Assembly (NCBI RefSeq): GCF_021869535.1
Contig: NW_026262659.1
Location: 9,424,001-9,488,000 of the forward strand
From: Mytilus californianus
Taxonomy: Eukaryota
Direction: 5' to 3'
DNA: 64,000 nt
Part shown: one piece after another, positions 37,830 through 52,185 of the stretch
Position numbering within the stretch: position 1 is the first letter of the stretch
Layout: every line of letters starts with the position of its first letter
The notes under the pieces: generated by a model
Database searches by the model: none
What the model saw: only the letters and a program-made list of their open reading frames with translations
What the model was told of the DNA's origin: nothing
Made by a program: the position numbers and the translations under genes

Positions 37830-39300
37830 CTTTCTTAAAGTCACGATTTTAATAATGGTTAAGCATTAGTTTTGATGGATTACATATTAAATCATTATGA
37901 ATGTTTTCCATTACTGATAACAACCGGTATGAAGAAAGTTTGATAAAAGAAGTTCTACGGTTGATGTTCTGAACATTAAACAATATTCAGATTTTATAAT
38001 AATAAGCTTGGCAAAGTTGTTGAGGTACGAGATAATCAATAGCGTTAGCATGACACATTTCGTGAACTAAATAATTTTGATGTCTAGATTTATTTTCACT
38101 AAGGGGTTACCCGCCAGTATCAAGGTCAAGTTTAGTTTTGGAACAAAGTTTGGTGACAATACAAGCCTCCTCTTTGTGGATGCTTTCTAGTTTATCTTTC
38201 AAATATGTTGGTATATAATATTTTGTTTATTGCATATGCTATGTATTGTATGCCACTGTTGAGACCATAGGTTTTTGCAATATCAGAATTAAATATTTCA
38301 GCATACTCGTCCTGAACAACTATAAACAATGATGTTATCGTCAGCGAAAATTCTAATTGATATGTCACTAAAATGTCCTTTATAAATAGTAAGAATACTA
38401 CAGGACCTACAGTTGACCCTTGGGGTCACCAGCGTTAATACTTATCTATCAGAGGTCTGTCTTATGATTTGTTTTGTCTTGTTTCGGATAAATAACTTTT
38501 GAACCATTTCAAAAGGTCCCCTCATATTCCATGTTTTTCTAGTTTATGAATGAGTCTTTCATGCAATAGTCGGTCGAACGCTTTGATGATATAAAAAATA
38601 CAACTCTGATTACCTTTCCAGAGTGAAGACTTTATATAAAAAAGAAGATGTGGTTTGATTGCCATTAAGACAACTCTTCACAAGAGACCAAAGACACAGA
38701 AATTAACAACTATATGTCACCGTAGGGCTTCAACAAAGAGCAAAGCCCATATCGCATAGTCAGCTATAAAAGGCTCCGAAATGACAAATGTAAAACAATT
38801 CAAACGAGAAAACCAACGGCCTAATTAATGTACAAAATAATGAACGAAAAACAAATATGTAACACAGCACTATAGTAATATCGTCGGTAATATAAATAAG
38901 TTAATTGGCAGTCTATCTCTAGACATAAATCGTGTTTGTAATAATCATTTAGCAAGAAAGAAAATTAAATAAATATTTAAAAATACATTTCCCTCCGTTT
39001 TACCAATAATAGATAGCAGAGAGATAGGTCTATAGTTGGATTACATGTCTTGAGAACCACTCCTGAAAACTGGTGTTACATTAAATTTTGATATTTTCCT
39101 TTTGATATTGATAAATGCAAAATTGTAATGACTTATTGCACAACAGTGCAAGGGGATAGTTTAATTAGCGATCCGCGCGCATTTTACAGAAACTTTATAC
39201 TAATGCTGTCAGGGCCTGCTACCTTAGACACTTCATAAACCTTCTCTTGTGTTACAATTTTTTTTATCTTAATCAGAGACATATAATACAAGCTGTATAA
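37830..39300 (-). pseudogene. Degraded CR1/L2-type LINE reverse transcriptase, interrupted by a dispersed repeat at about 38645-38870
   Basis: Minus-strand motifs KVAGPDS (about 39220), NVTPVFRSG..*SNYRPISLLS (39000-39085), PQGSTVGPVVFLLFIKDI (38370-38425) and FADD (about 38340-38360), with stops and frameshifts. Confidence 0.8.
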
Positions 39301-41655
39301 AATCCCTAAAGTATGAATAACGGCATCTATATACAAATTCTAAATATTTTAAGATGAGTCGTCACACCCGATTGCTCACAATAACATTTACTTATCTTTA
39401 TCGTTCAAGTAGGTATCATTTAATAGGATAGGGGGTAGTGAAAGGAATTAGAAGGAAGAACAGCAAATGTACGCATCTTTTTCCTGAGGATATCTACATG
39501 TGAGTTTATTGACACATTGATTTTCCATGTACTGAGTTTTTGCCTATTTAATCAAATTAGCACAGTGATTTCAAACCTTTTTAATGCTTGCCTAAGACTC
39601 AGGAGTGATGTACATTTTAGCTTTTATGTGCGAATGTGTCCGTTTACGAAATGTTTCTCCATCCCAGATGAAGTCATCATAGGAGGATCTTTCGTGCAAA
39701 CTACTGCATTTCAGTTTATGAAGAATTAGTACTCCACTTACTAGACAATTGAACCTAGTATTTTCTCATTTCATAATACGCCAAAATAACGATATTATTT
39801 ATTATCAGGGATCGAGGGGAGACGAGAAATGTTCACAATAAAATATTGGCTCGGTAATAGCTTGATGCCATTATCTATTATAATATTTTAAAAGTAATTA
39901 CGGATGATAAGGAGTAAGTTGTCGTCCATGAACACAATACTTTCTTAAGCGCAATTTACGGCGTTATCGAGCGATTGTTTTATTTAATATTAAATATGAT
40001 ATGTTGAATCCTGAGGATGATATAATAGACAAAACAATAATTTACGATCGTTAACAACTACTACAACCCTTAAGCATTCAAGAGAATACAAAGATTTGGT
40101 TAGGAAGCTTGGTTGTACCTGTAAAATTCTTATAAGATACAACTAAATATATAGTGCTATATATGTATGAGATGTAAGATTCTCATATTTGAGGGCGTTA
40201 GCGTCTCATTTACACAGAAGACATGAGACGATTACATCTGATTTACATATAATATATATGTAATATATAAATATTTACCATTTCTCTTGTTTTAAAAGGA
40301 GCAATTAGTTTTGATAAAACAGGAAAATTGTTACTACCTCAAATATTCCAGATGCAGTTACACTATCAAAAGATGTTTCTTATTTTTGAATTTGGAATGA
40401 AATCTTAATTGCATCTATTTGTTTGTCATCAATTTGATACCTCATCACTTCTTTTGTATGGCAATATACATATCTGCACTATATTGTCTTTTTCCTGGAT
40501 TAATTGCAAAAATATGAACTTGTTGCTGATAAATGGTATCACTTCTATGTAAATATCTATTATACTACTAAAATACGAGGTCCAATTTGTTATCCGATTT
40601 GACTTAAAACGACAAATCAAAGAATTCAACTTTATATATAACTAGTAAATAATAGGATAATGGTATTTATTAAAAATTACACCATTCGAGGTCCTTGTGC
40701 TTTCCACATAATTAATATTACAATCATTAACAAGTTCCTGGTCGAATCCGATACCGATACAAATAGCTAGTACCTGTTACCTGTTAACTAATCTGTATGT
40801 TCGGGATTGATACTACTTAATTCCGTCATTGACCAAAAAATATATCAAGTAGTTTCCGGTTGTAGTAAGCAAACCTAGACGAATTCAAACAAAAAGATTT
40901 TGAAAGAAGAGAAAACTGTGCACGTAATAATCAACATGACTTTATCGAATAACAATACTAATACTAAAAATCCAAGCTCACAAAGAGGCGTAGGTACTTG
41001 GAGTCAGTCACGGACCCGCGACATGTTTTTAGTACATGTATATACGTATATATATACAGTTAGGATTACTCATGATTCTACGTCCTGTCGATACAGTAAA
41101 CTTATATTTTGACATTGCAACAGGTCATGCGTTTCTCATGTAGTCGAACTGATTGCTACTTTAACCTATCTTTAGTAGCTGCGAGTACTCTTATATCGGT
41201 GCTTTGCGTCTATTGTTTTTTATGTAAGTTGTTTGGTGTACTGAGCTATTGAGTTAAGCCATTAAATGATTTGCAACTGATGTTTTCTGTTCGTTCTTAG
41301 GTTGTGCTGTATTCATTATGACCCTGTCTTTGTCAGGAGCCTGCAATTCAGTGGTAGTCGTCTTTCTATGTCTGTCACATTTGTTTTTCGTAAATTGCAT
41401 TGTTATGAATTATGCCGTGATTGAATTGTTTCACATTTTTTTTGTCAAGGCCTTTTATAGCTAACTACACGATATTGGCTTTACCCATGGTTGAAGGCCG
41501 TACGGTGATCTATGCGTGTTTATACATTCATCATCTGAATTCTGGTGGATAGTTGTCTCATTGGAAGTCATAACACAGTTCCTTATCGTTACATTGTAAC
41601 ACTTTCAGTGTAGGGTATTTAAAACATACATATCTTGTTGTAGAAAACTCTCCTT

Positions 41656-41937
41656 TTAAGGTGGTACCCAACACCTTGACTAATATTGATTTGGCTCGTT
41701 TAATATTCCTAAAATTTTGACAAAATGTTTACTTTGACCCTTTGACAAAAATATAAAAATTTCAAATAATTTGAACCAAACAATTTATCAGAAAAATTTC
41801 ACTGGTTATATAGCAGTTTGACAAACACTAATTTTGATCATTGAGAAGCTTAATATTTCCTTAACAATACAACGTGGTTAAAACGTTAAGTTGATTTTTA
41901 CAGAGTTATCTCCTTGTAGCGTTAGGTACCACCTTAA
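41656..41937. mobile_element. TTAA-flanked MITE
   Basis: ttaa-GGTGGTACC ... GGTACCACC-ttaa terminal inverted repeats. Confidence 0.85.
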
Positions 41938-43122
41938 CACTAGATTGGTGGTAATTTTTCATTTGTCAAATACATGTATGTGATGTGCTTTCCGTCATGT
42001 TATATCAAAAGATTTTTTCATTTCATTCATGTTTTGAAAAGAAGTGTATGAACTTTCAATAGAAAAAAGTATTTCCTTAACGTGTTATTTTTTCAACATG
42101 AGTCTGATTATTTAATTTTTAATTTCTTCCTGTGTGGTCTCAATCACGTGTGTCGGTTCAACTGTATGTTCCTCTTCATGTTGATTGTTCGTATTTAGAG
42201 TTTTGAAATACTTTAAAATCGGATCTTCGTGTCTAAATTAAAATTTTCTAACCTGAACTGTAATTCAACGGTTTATACATGGTTAATATTATTAACGAAA
42301 ATGATTCTCCTGTCCGTATACTACATGTAGTATAATCACATTTTTATAATCTTATGTTATCAAATTCTATTTGGACAGTGAGTTTTCAATTGCTTTGAAT
42401 ACCGTCTTTAATACTAATGATAATTAGAACAGTACCGGCCACGTCCACCCTGTGTTATTGTTAGATGTATTTCTATGTGTATCCATCTGATGAGTTAACT
42501 TAATAAAGCCTTTTTCAACTGATTTTGTATAGTTTGTTCTTATGTTGTACTGTTACACCACTGTCCCAGGTTAGGGGAGGGTTTACACCTTCAAACTAGT
42601 TTCACCCCGCCACATTCTGTATGTGACTGTCCTAAGTCAGGAACATGTAATTCAGTGGTTGTCGTTTGTTGTTGTGTAATATATTGGTTTTTCGTTCATT
42701 ATTTTGTACATAAACTAGGCCGTTAGTTTTCTCGTTTTAATTGTTATACATTGTCATGATGGGTCTTTTTATAGCTGACTATGCGATTGTGCTTTGCTCA
42801 TTGTTGAAGGTCGTATGGTATCCTATAGTTGTTAATTTTTGTGTAATTTGGTATTTTGGGAAGAGTTGTCTCATTAGTAATCATACCACATCTTCTTATT
42901 TTATATTTGTTAAAAAATTAAATATGTACAAACAGTTTCCTTATTGTCTGATTTTTCATTTGTTTGTTATTTAACACATATCATGATTATTCAGTAGTTG
43001 CTTTATTTTTCCTTTGTAAGAATTTGTGTACACATCATCCGAAACTATCATGAATATTGTTGCAGCATAAATTTGGTTAAACATCTGCCTGTGTCTTAAG
43101 ATAACAACACAACGTTAGGTTT

Positions 43123-45243
43123 TTACAACAGCGCAACCGGTGGATCCCCTAGCGGTTTTTTAAGAACTTCTATAACAGCTCTCCAAAACAAATCCTCCCC
43201 TACACCACTTGAATATTTAATATGATGACCACTGGCCAGTAGCGATCGAAGATGACTTGTCATATGCTTGGAGTCAATATTTTTCAACATGACGAGAAGA
43301 AAAACATCTCGTCCTAATCTTCTATGTTTTTCCTGTACAATATCAACTTCCCACTGACACCATTCACTTTTGGCAAAATCATTTGACATTATCACGACAA
43401 CTTTTCGTGATTTTTCCACAAACTTATCAATGTTGCCGATGATTGGCTGTCCGATTTCAAAGTCACGATGATGAATACATAATTTTAATCCTTCTTCATT
43501 TTCTACTCTCTTTATGAATTTTTTATGAACCCAATCTCTGTCTTCCTCACAGTACACAACAAATGCATTGTATTCAAAATCTTCATCGTTATCCAAAGTT
43601 AGATATCCTCGTCTTTTGTTGTAGGACACTCGTAAAAGGTAGATATAGTTCTTTATATTTGACTGACATCGCACAATTAACACAATTATTAACACAATGA
43701 TCGTTCCACTTCCTGCAAGTCCAATTATAATTGTATTAAATGGATTCCAGGGAGTACAGATTTCCACTGTTGGGTGATAATTATACAACAGTTTCCCAGC
43801 CAAATCTGGTGGATGTTTGCATTTATAATTCTTGAAGTGTACAAGTTTGTTCATGAAATGTTTTGTCCAATTAAGAAACCAAATCTGGTCACATGTACAA
43901 GAGAAAGGATTAAAGCCTAAATTAAGTGTCTTTAAAGAAAACAAAACTTCCCGAGGAAAGGAAGTCTGATTTATAACTGTAATCGAATTCACGCTCAATT
44001 CCAGCATAGTTAACGATGTAACATTAAGGAATAAATTTTTCCACTGAAAAATTTTGTTCTGACTAAGATTTATAGACCATATCTTTTTGAAGGGTGTAAA
44101 CAACATTTCGGGGATGGCGGTAATTCCACATCCTGCAAGTATAAGTTTCTGAAGATTGGACAATGGACGAAGAGTTTCTTTGAACATTGAAAGGTTTCGT
44201 GGCATGAAATTTTGACTCAGATCGAGGTACTCGATGTCTGGACAGTATGCAAATATTTTGCTAGTTGTTCTGTCAAAATGGAAGTTGTTCAAACTCATCT
44301 GAAGTGTGGACAGAGATGTGCTATTGAAAGCAAACTCACTTATCTTTTTTAAAGGATTTCCTATTCTTGATATCATCAGAGTCTTTATATGAGGCAAAGA
44401 CGAAAAAACATTATCTTGTATTCGACCAGTATTAATGCCTTCTAAATTCAATAACTGAACGTTTGGCAAACATCTAAAAGTGTTGTTTCCAAGGTCGCCA
44501 ATATTGTTGCTACCCAGGTTAAGGTGTTGTAAGTTTGGAACATGACTTAAATCTAAATTAGAACACCATTTTGGGACCTTTGTGAGCCGGTTACTATCTA
44601 AAGATAATTTTACCAATGTTTTCAATCCCTTCACATACACATCTTTGATAGAATTATCAGATAATATTAGATTTGTCAAAGAAGTCAATTGCTCAAACAT
44701 TATACAGTTTACATCTTTGAAATTATTTCCAGTTATAACTATCTTCTGTATTTTACTTGTTGAAAATGAAATAAAAGTATCAGCAGGCAGGTTCGTCCAT
44801 TTATTGTCACGAAGATGGAGTGCTTTCAAATAACGTTTCTGAAGATTAAAAAAGGCTTTTGTTAACACAATGATATCCAGTTGATGTTGGTTTGATATTT
44901 CCAATGTTCTGAGGGCTGAAATATTGTAAAACGCCTTTGGATGAATATACGTTATGTAATTATCACGCAGTATCAGTTTTCCGATGTACATACCGAATGA
45001 AAGATTATAAAATGTATGTTCCCCAATATATGATAAATTTGTGTGGGTCAAATTCACTAATGTAATACTAGGTGGAAATTTTGGAACATAGTGTAAGGAA
45101 ACTCCACTACATAAGGCTTTCGTCCCTTCACATATACAGTGTTTGTCACATGTGATGTTACTTCCATTTACGTGATTGAACTGCGTAATAATAACGATAA
45201 ACATAACGCTTGAAAAAACGCGTGCAGTATAACAGAAAATCAT
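43123..45243 (-). CDS. Toll-like receptor, copy 1 (706 aa, single cysteine cluster type)
   Basis: Signal peptide, Cys-rich LRRNT (CDKHCICEG), many LxxLxLxxN repeats, LRRCT (NPFSCTCD..WF..W...YKC), TM (IIIGLAGSGTIIVLIIVLIV), and TIR domain (YNAFVVY, CIHHRDF, SEWCQWE, LFW). Intronless CDS; acceptor ttttttgtag is 14 nt upstream of the ATG. Confidence 0.97.
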   Translation of the reverse strand: MIFCYTARVFSSVMFIVIITQFNHVNGSNITCDKHCICEGTKALCSGVSLHYVPKFPPSITLVNLTHTNLSYIGEHTFYNLSFGMYIGKLILRDNYITYIHPKAFYNISALRTLEISNQHQLDIIVLTKAFFNLQKRYLKALHLRDNKWTNLPADTFISFSTSKIQKIVITGNNFKDVNCIMFEQLTSLTNLILSDNSIKDVYVKGLKTLVKLSLDSNRLTKVPKWCSNLDLSHVPNLQHLNLGSNNIGDLGNNTFRCLPNVQLLNLEGINTGRIQDNVFSSLPHIKTLMISRIGNPLKKISEFAFNSTSLSTLQMSLNNFHFDRTTSKIFAYCPDIEYLDLSQNFMPRNLSMFKETLRPLSNLQKLILAGCGITAIPEMLFTPFKKIWSINLSQNKIFQWKNLFLNVTSLTMLELSVNSITVINQTSFPREVLFSLKTLNLGFNPFSCTCDQIWFLNWTKHFMNKLVHFKNYKCKHPPDLAGKLLYNYHPTVEICTPWNPFNTIIIGLAGSGTIIVLIIVLIVRCQSNIKNYIYLLRVSYNKRRGYLTLDNDEDFEYNAFVVYCEEDRDWVHKKFIKRVENEEGLKLCIHHRDFEIGQPIIGNIDKFVEKSRKVVVIMSNDFAKSEWCQWEVDIVQEKHRRLGRDVFLLVMLKNIDSKHMTSHLRSLLASGHHIKYSSGVGEDLFWRAVIEVLKKPLGDPPVALL

Positions 45244-46674
45244 CTTCTTCGTGAATTCTACAAAAAAACCAAAACGAAATATAGATAAATAAATGCATCA
45301 ACACAGACTTACTTCAGTCGTATTTGATAAAACCTTTCGGAATCTGTGGTCCTCAGTGCTCTTCAACTTCGTTTTTTATTTTGCCTTTTTTATATCAAGC
45401 TTCACTGATGCGTCTTTTGTACACGAAACGTGTTTCCGGCGTACAAAACTTTAATCATGGTATCTATGCTTAGTTTATTAGGATGTAAATGAAATATAAT
45501 ATGATAATATGACAAGGGGCGTAAAGCAAAACATAGTTATAATAAAACTTTGAGTATTTAGGGCTTTTTAAATGTATTGATTGAATATCAGAATTTTATG
45601 TAAGCTTTATTTTTTCTCTTTTTTCTGTTAATATTGATGTACACATAATACGAAGAATTTTAAATAAGAATACTCAGTTTATAAATACATTATGTACTGA
45701 ATATAGAACAAAAGTTACAAAACAACTGGCTAGTATCAAGCGTTGCCGTATTGTTTTTATGCACGAGTAGTAACTACAATGTCCGAGGCGATAACCGGGG
45801 ACCATGACCTGACTACGAGTATAGAAAAACCAAACGGGTGGTTGTTACCAACCCGCTTCTTTTATAACTTTTATTTGGATCTGACATGTAAAACGATTAT
45901 AATTAGAAAGTAGTACATTTTACATTTTAAAGACGATTGAATAATTAACAAGATTAAACACAACACACGATGTTTAAACTAGTGCATGACCTACGACGTT
46001 TGGAGGTATTATGATTTAATAATTAATAAATTAGGGATTTTGCTTTAAAATCACGCTTTTCAAATCCTAAGCTGTGTCCATGTAAATTTATTGCTGATTT
46101 CTTTGATCCACATCAGTGTGGTAGGGTTAGACTGAAAAAGGAGAGACAAATTCTTAAAGTGACAAGCAAAAACAAAACCTTTCTATTTTACTATAGCCTG
46201 ACAGTCTAGAAGTTAGTCAATGTCCTCTTTTAAACAAGTGTTCTTTTTTCAATTTAAAAACATCTCTAATAGTGTTGATGTGGGGCAATATAAAGGTTTG
46301 TTTCCCAATTTTGAAAGTGGCGGGAGTGTGCCTCCCCTTATAAATACATACCGTCGACACCAAAAAAGAAAAACAACGAACAAACAAACAAAACCAACCA
46401 AACAAACAAATAAACATCATTAATATGAATAGAATAATGGATTTTGTCTCGATTAGAATTTTCGACACACATATTTTGGAAATGGAATGTTATTTTGAAG
46501 CTCATTGGAGTTAAGTGATATTCAGGCATAGCCAAGGATTGACAAGGTGACATAATATAGTTTTCAATTACCATCCCAATATCCAACATGAGTGATATCT
46601 AATTTGACGTTGAGAGTAATTTTGCACTATCACAATACAACTTGAACTAATTCATTGAAGAAGATGAGAAAAGA

Positions 46675-46685
46675 GGGAAATTTCC
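46675..46685. promoter_or_regulatory. kappaB-like motif GGGAAATTTCC
   Basis: Unique-sequence match about 1.4 kb upstream of the TLR copy 1 ATG, near a putative 5' UTR exon donor (AG|GTAAGT at 46819, minus strand). Function is untested. Confidence 0.35.
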
Positions 46686-49239
46686 GTATAGTTAAATTAA
46701 GATTTCAGTTTAACACCTAAGCAAACCGAAGAGAAGTTCGTACACGGAAACGTGTTATGGTTACAGTTACTATAGTATATCAATTATCAACACATTGCGT
46801 TAAGTATGAGCCACTTACCTTCGCTACCATTCGCTACAATTGTCGTTTAAAAAACAACAACTACAAAGATCCTTTAAATTCCTCAATTGGCGTTCCAAAA
46901 TGCGGAAATATTTCTTCGTAATCATTTACTTGATATAATATTAATTATGTATTGAATTTGATTTTGAATACACTTAGTTTTCTGCTTTAAAAAAAAACGA
47001 ATTTATTCAATGAATATTTCTTTCACCCCTAATAAAGCAATATAAATAAACCACAATAGTATAGCTCATTTATGCGGAAATCATTTTAGGTCAGGTTAAC
47101 TTCCCCGTATAGGAAAAGGTAATAGCAATTGGCTTTTTTTGTTTTTTCACCAGTTATTAATTATTACAGATAAAAGAGTATTTGCTGGCGGTAAGAATCT
47201 ATCACTTTATCGAATAATTCTGATTAAAATCTGTCTACACACTTATCATTTTTTATTAGTTAAATATTCTCATGATGTAGATCTTTAGATTGAATATAGG
47301 TGTTTTTCTGTACATTGCTTTTACATATTATATAAAGCAAATACAGGATAAACGTTAAACATTTAGTCACAACGCTTTAAAACGCAATACTTAAAAAACA
47401 TGTATATGTTAAAATATTTTGTCGCAGTCAGTAATCTTTGAAGCGAGATCTCATGATTTTGTATATCTGTATAATACCTATTGCAGTGTGAATGGCACGA
47501 TGTCCTTTGCAAAATGAGCAAGAACGCTCGAGATTATAGAATGTGGGGAATCCAGTATGAAAATCAGTGACTGCACTTTATTTTTGATATAATCACAGAT
47601 TATGTAAATGCTTACAAGAAACAAGACGAAATGAACGCAAATAATTACTTCACAATTCCAAAGTGTTTGTAAGATATGCATTTTATTTTAGTTTATGCCC
47701 GTTGCTAGGTTCTGAACATTTATAGAAATATTCGTCTCTTTTTTCGCGGGCTTACCATATATACGACATGCATATCATACAATGTCGTCAATAATTATTG
47801 ACCTTTTTCTTTCTTGCTTTTCCGATTTCAATGTATTCAGATTATCGAGTTTTATAAAATTAACATGTGGAAGACTTTTAATGTCAACATAACGTACCTG
47901 TTGGTGATCCTTACAAAGTTTAATCCAGGTAGATACTTCGTTTGGTCCATTACCAGTAGTTAAATTCATCAGAGGAGATTTGAGGAAAATATGTGAAATA
48001 TGACGAATATGATTGGAGCTATATTTGATTCGTATACGATCCATAAATATGTAAATATGACAAGTGAAATATATATAAATAGCAAATGTTATGTCACATT
48101 AATAGCGGTAAGATTTAAAAGTTGCTTTTACACAATGTGTTATAATAAGCTTTCTGTACACATACAGAAAAAATAGTTTGATGAATTTCCGTCATTCGGA
48201 GCGATTTTCTGGATTAACCTTCATCAGGAACACTAAAACCCAAACATTTAAAGGCCAATAATGTAGAAATATAAGCAGCTAAATAATTAATCCAAAGGTA
48301 TTCGGAAGTAGTTTTACAATTACAAAAAAATCGTAAATGCGAACCTCTTAGAGCACAGTGTAAAATATGTCTGGCCAAACGGGTTTGTAGATATGGGACA
48401 AAACTGTCTCTTTAAGTTTAACATGCTAGACACATTATATATCTTAGACAGTTCTTGGTAAACAATACCGAATGTCCCCGGTGTGTTCATTAAATCAAAA
48501 CCCAACTTTCCAGCTTATCCCGGTAATACCACCGCCGAAAATGAAATCTTCTTTATTATTTTAAAAATTTTTTGATAATTATATTTGCATAGACCTATAC
48601 ATTATTTTTTTCCCTAATATCGTATTATTTCGGTAGGTTTATTTCATTTAAAGTCCACGGGTTACTTTTTGTAGACTAAGTTAAGTCAAATGATTTACCG
48701 TATATTTAAATTTCTTCATACATTTTATATTTCACATTTCTTAAATCACGTGATTTAACGTTTCATTATAAGACATTTAGCCTAATCATTTTTGAAATCC
48801 TGTACGGGTACTTCAAGGAGACTGAGTAATTCCCTTTTGTATTAAATAGAATAAAAATAAATTAATGCAGCAATCTTCTGTAAATGTAGGCAGTAGTAAT
48901 TCACGATGTTCAAATGTCATTTATCGTTTAGAAATACAAAGTGAGGTAATGATTAAAATCTGAAGTACTCGCATGCACTCCAAAAGAAACAACACTGGAT
49001 GTGTTGATCCTGCTAGGCATGCATCACCCGCTATGCGAATCCACAGAATTGGGTAGAGGACACACTCGATAAAGTTACCGACTACTAATGTGGTCTCTAA
49101 AGTTTAAAGACAGCGAAAATATGTCGTTAGTGATTTTAGTCAAAACAAGATCAGGGCAGACAACCTGATCGTGACAGTTGACAGTAAAATTGACATAGTG
49201 TCGGTTTCAGTCGTTCTACCACAACATTAGTATTCTACA

Positions 49240-49390
49240 TAAGAAAATGCCTGTACCAAGTCAGGAATATGACAGTTGTTATCCATTCATTTGATGTGTT
49301 TAAGCTTTTGATTTTGCCATTTGATTAGGGACTTTCCATTTTGATTTTTCATCAGAGTTCGGGTATTTTGTGGTGTTACTTTTTGGAGCA
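49240..49390 (+). mobile_element. Second dispersed repeat family (aaaatgcctgtaccaagtcaggaatatgacagttg...) carrying a kappaB consensus
   Basis: Copies lie at about 425-600, 49240-49390, 50720-50890 and 56980-57100; GGGACTTTCC at 49328, GGGACTTCCC at 50836 and GGGAATTTCC at 57045. Confidence 0.75.
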
Positions 49391-52185
49391 GTATTTGTGC
49401 AAGAAGTATATGATAGATAAAGATAAGAACATAAAAGATAAAAAGTTCAGAATTCAAGGAATAAGTTCATGTCATTCTTAAAACAAAAGCGTTTGGTAAT
49501 ATAAATTTGTATTTATACGGTAGTCCCTGTAACTCTTTTTCAAAAGAAAACAACATTACGAGTAATTATTCTAGAAAGTCATAAACATTTCAGTATAAAA
49601 GAGAGGCGAAATATACCAGACGGACATTCAAACTCATAAGTCGAAAATATACTGACAACGCCATGGCTAACAAAAAAGCCAACAGACAAACAATAGTGAA
49701 CAAAACACAACATAGAAAACTAAAGACTGAGCAACACGAACCCCACCAAACCTGTCGATAGTTTTATTAGATATTTTGTGAAAAGTGTCACTCTACCATT
49801 TGGAAGAGTTTCATGATTTTGTCACGTAATAGTAGCGTTTCAATAATTCTTTATGAAATCTGTAAATGACCACATTACGTAGCATAGTTGTTTCTTCCAC
49901 TTACCAACATTCGTTTTTCCTGTGACATCCCAAATAAACGGTCCTTCATTCCGGTAAATTCAAAATGCAGAACTTATCTATAATTGGTTTACTGTTTTAT
50001 TTGTTCTCCTGAACATGCATGAAATATTTGCTATTTGACGTTAGCAAACAAAAAATAACTACGTATTACAAACAAAAATGGCCCTTGTTGAAAAAGTTTC
50101 TTTTTAAGTATGATGCACATTACTGTAAGATCCGTACTATAGAACAAATATATTTCTTTATTTTTGTTATTATAAGAAGTTGAAATGCTAAATTTGGGTA
50201 AAAAACAATAAGCGTATTTGATTTAATTCGTGAGATTAAACATTTAAACAAAAAGTGTATTATATGTTTATTCATCAGGATTAATTCATTCATTTACCGC
50301 TAGCTATAAAGATTGGAATTTCATTATGATATGACATTTATACCTAACAGGAACGGAACATAATGCCTTGGAAAATGAAACCTTCCCTTCACAAATAAGG
50401 ATCGTTGACGTACTCAGATATAAACATTCTCCCTATAAATGGTTCTGAGATCATATCACCATGTAATCAAAACTTATCTATATTACTTAAAGTTTTACCA
50501 CATACAGATTTGAAATTTGGTTTTAAAAATAGACATGAACGATTTGAAATTTGATGCATGACGCATGCATACTATTCATACAATTAAATATTTGTTTTAC
50601 AGAAGCATGTATTAGAAAAATTTCGTATAAGCAATAGAAATTTTCTTCTAACATCAAACATCAACCACAGGGCTATGACACTTGGCTAGCTGATCTCGAT
50701 GGTGCGGTTAGCTAGCTATACAACCAGGTTTAGTCCACCATTATCTACATATGGAAATGCCTGTACCAAGTCAGGAATATGACAATTGTTTTCCTTCGTT
50801 TGATGTGTTTGCACTTTGATTTTGTCATTTGATAAGGGACTTCCCGTTTTGAATTTTCCTTAAAGTTCAGTATATTTGTTTGTATTACTTTTTTCAACCC
50901 AGAGTTATGCACGAAATTAAAGCATTAAATATGCTGAAAATATTTATAAATTGCTTAATGATGCTAATATAATATATTGAGGGTAAACCATAAGTACGCA
51001 AAAGTTGACCATGGTGCTTTGCTTTTAGTGTTATATAAAAAAAAACTATTTAATTTGCCAAAAAACACTATGATAACTACATATACGTTTGTGTAAGTAT
51101 ACGAATTTTCAATGCGATAAATATTTCCCTAACTACTATTATATTTGAATTACAAATATTGGGCTTCAATATTTCTTCCTCAAATCGGTAAAATTATTCC
51201 CCGTATTTGAGTGTCGTCTGCATAACCCAATTACGTGTAACGGTCCAAGGACAATAATTGTCGCTTTCTCTTCCTATTGATTTCTCGTATGTAGAATTAG
51301 GAATGTATACATTTACGTCATATACATGTACATCAACATGCACTGCTATTCAAACAAACGACGTGATCAGAAAACAAAAGTGAAAGCCACCCTTTTGCCT
51401 CTATTTGTTCATTTTAGTGACATAACACTTCTTTTTGTTTTTGTGTCAATTATACTTCTGTTTTTATTTAAGCAAAAGGGGATTGGATTAGTTTTCATCT
51501 GTGCACTCTTTGTATACCGTATTGTTTCTTTTCATGCAAATGAGATAAAACAGTGCTGATAAATCGAACATGTACACACAATAACTGGATATAATAGACA
51601 AAATACTATCTAGGTATTCCACGGTTAGTTATGTCTGTTCAAAATATAATATTAAATTTGTTTATTTGTATTCCACTGGATTGAAGTAAAACATTGGTTT
51701 TGTATGACATTTTTTGGCTCTCTCTTTATTATTCAAATACATGTTTTTCATTCGTCTTCACGAAATGCTTGTTCTAGTTAAATTATAAGATTACAATACA
51801 ATTTCCAAGGGAACGTATACAAACATTATTTGAATAACAACAATTAGTACCGTGAGCACAGAAAACTTGATTTGGAGACAAATAGCCAAACTACATGTAT
51901 TGGTAGAATCTTTTATACCCTAAGTAAATATGTATATAAAGGAGTAATAAGATGAGAAACAGCATTAAGTGCACTGCTTGGTTAATACATTGTTGAGTTT
52001 TCTAGTTTTTCGTTGGATTGGTACATTCTTCCAATATCCAGTCTTTCAGATAATTGACGGAGGTACAATTGTTGAATCCTCCATACTCATGAATTTTTTG
52101 GAACAGAAACGTCTTGAAATGTCTTAATGTTCTTTAAAACTACAAACAAACAGTTGTATAAAGAGTAAATAGTTATTTTTACAAC

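Noticed and set aside
44582-44833. Plus-strand ORFs antisense to TLRs (also 52895-53278), to TRIM (31802, 32559) and to the Gypsy ORFs (5419, 5634, 6442, 6572, 7085)
   Set aside because: They are shadow frames of real coding sequence with no independent features.
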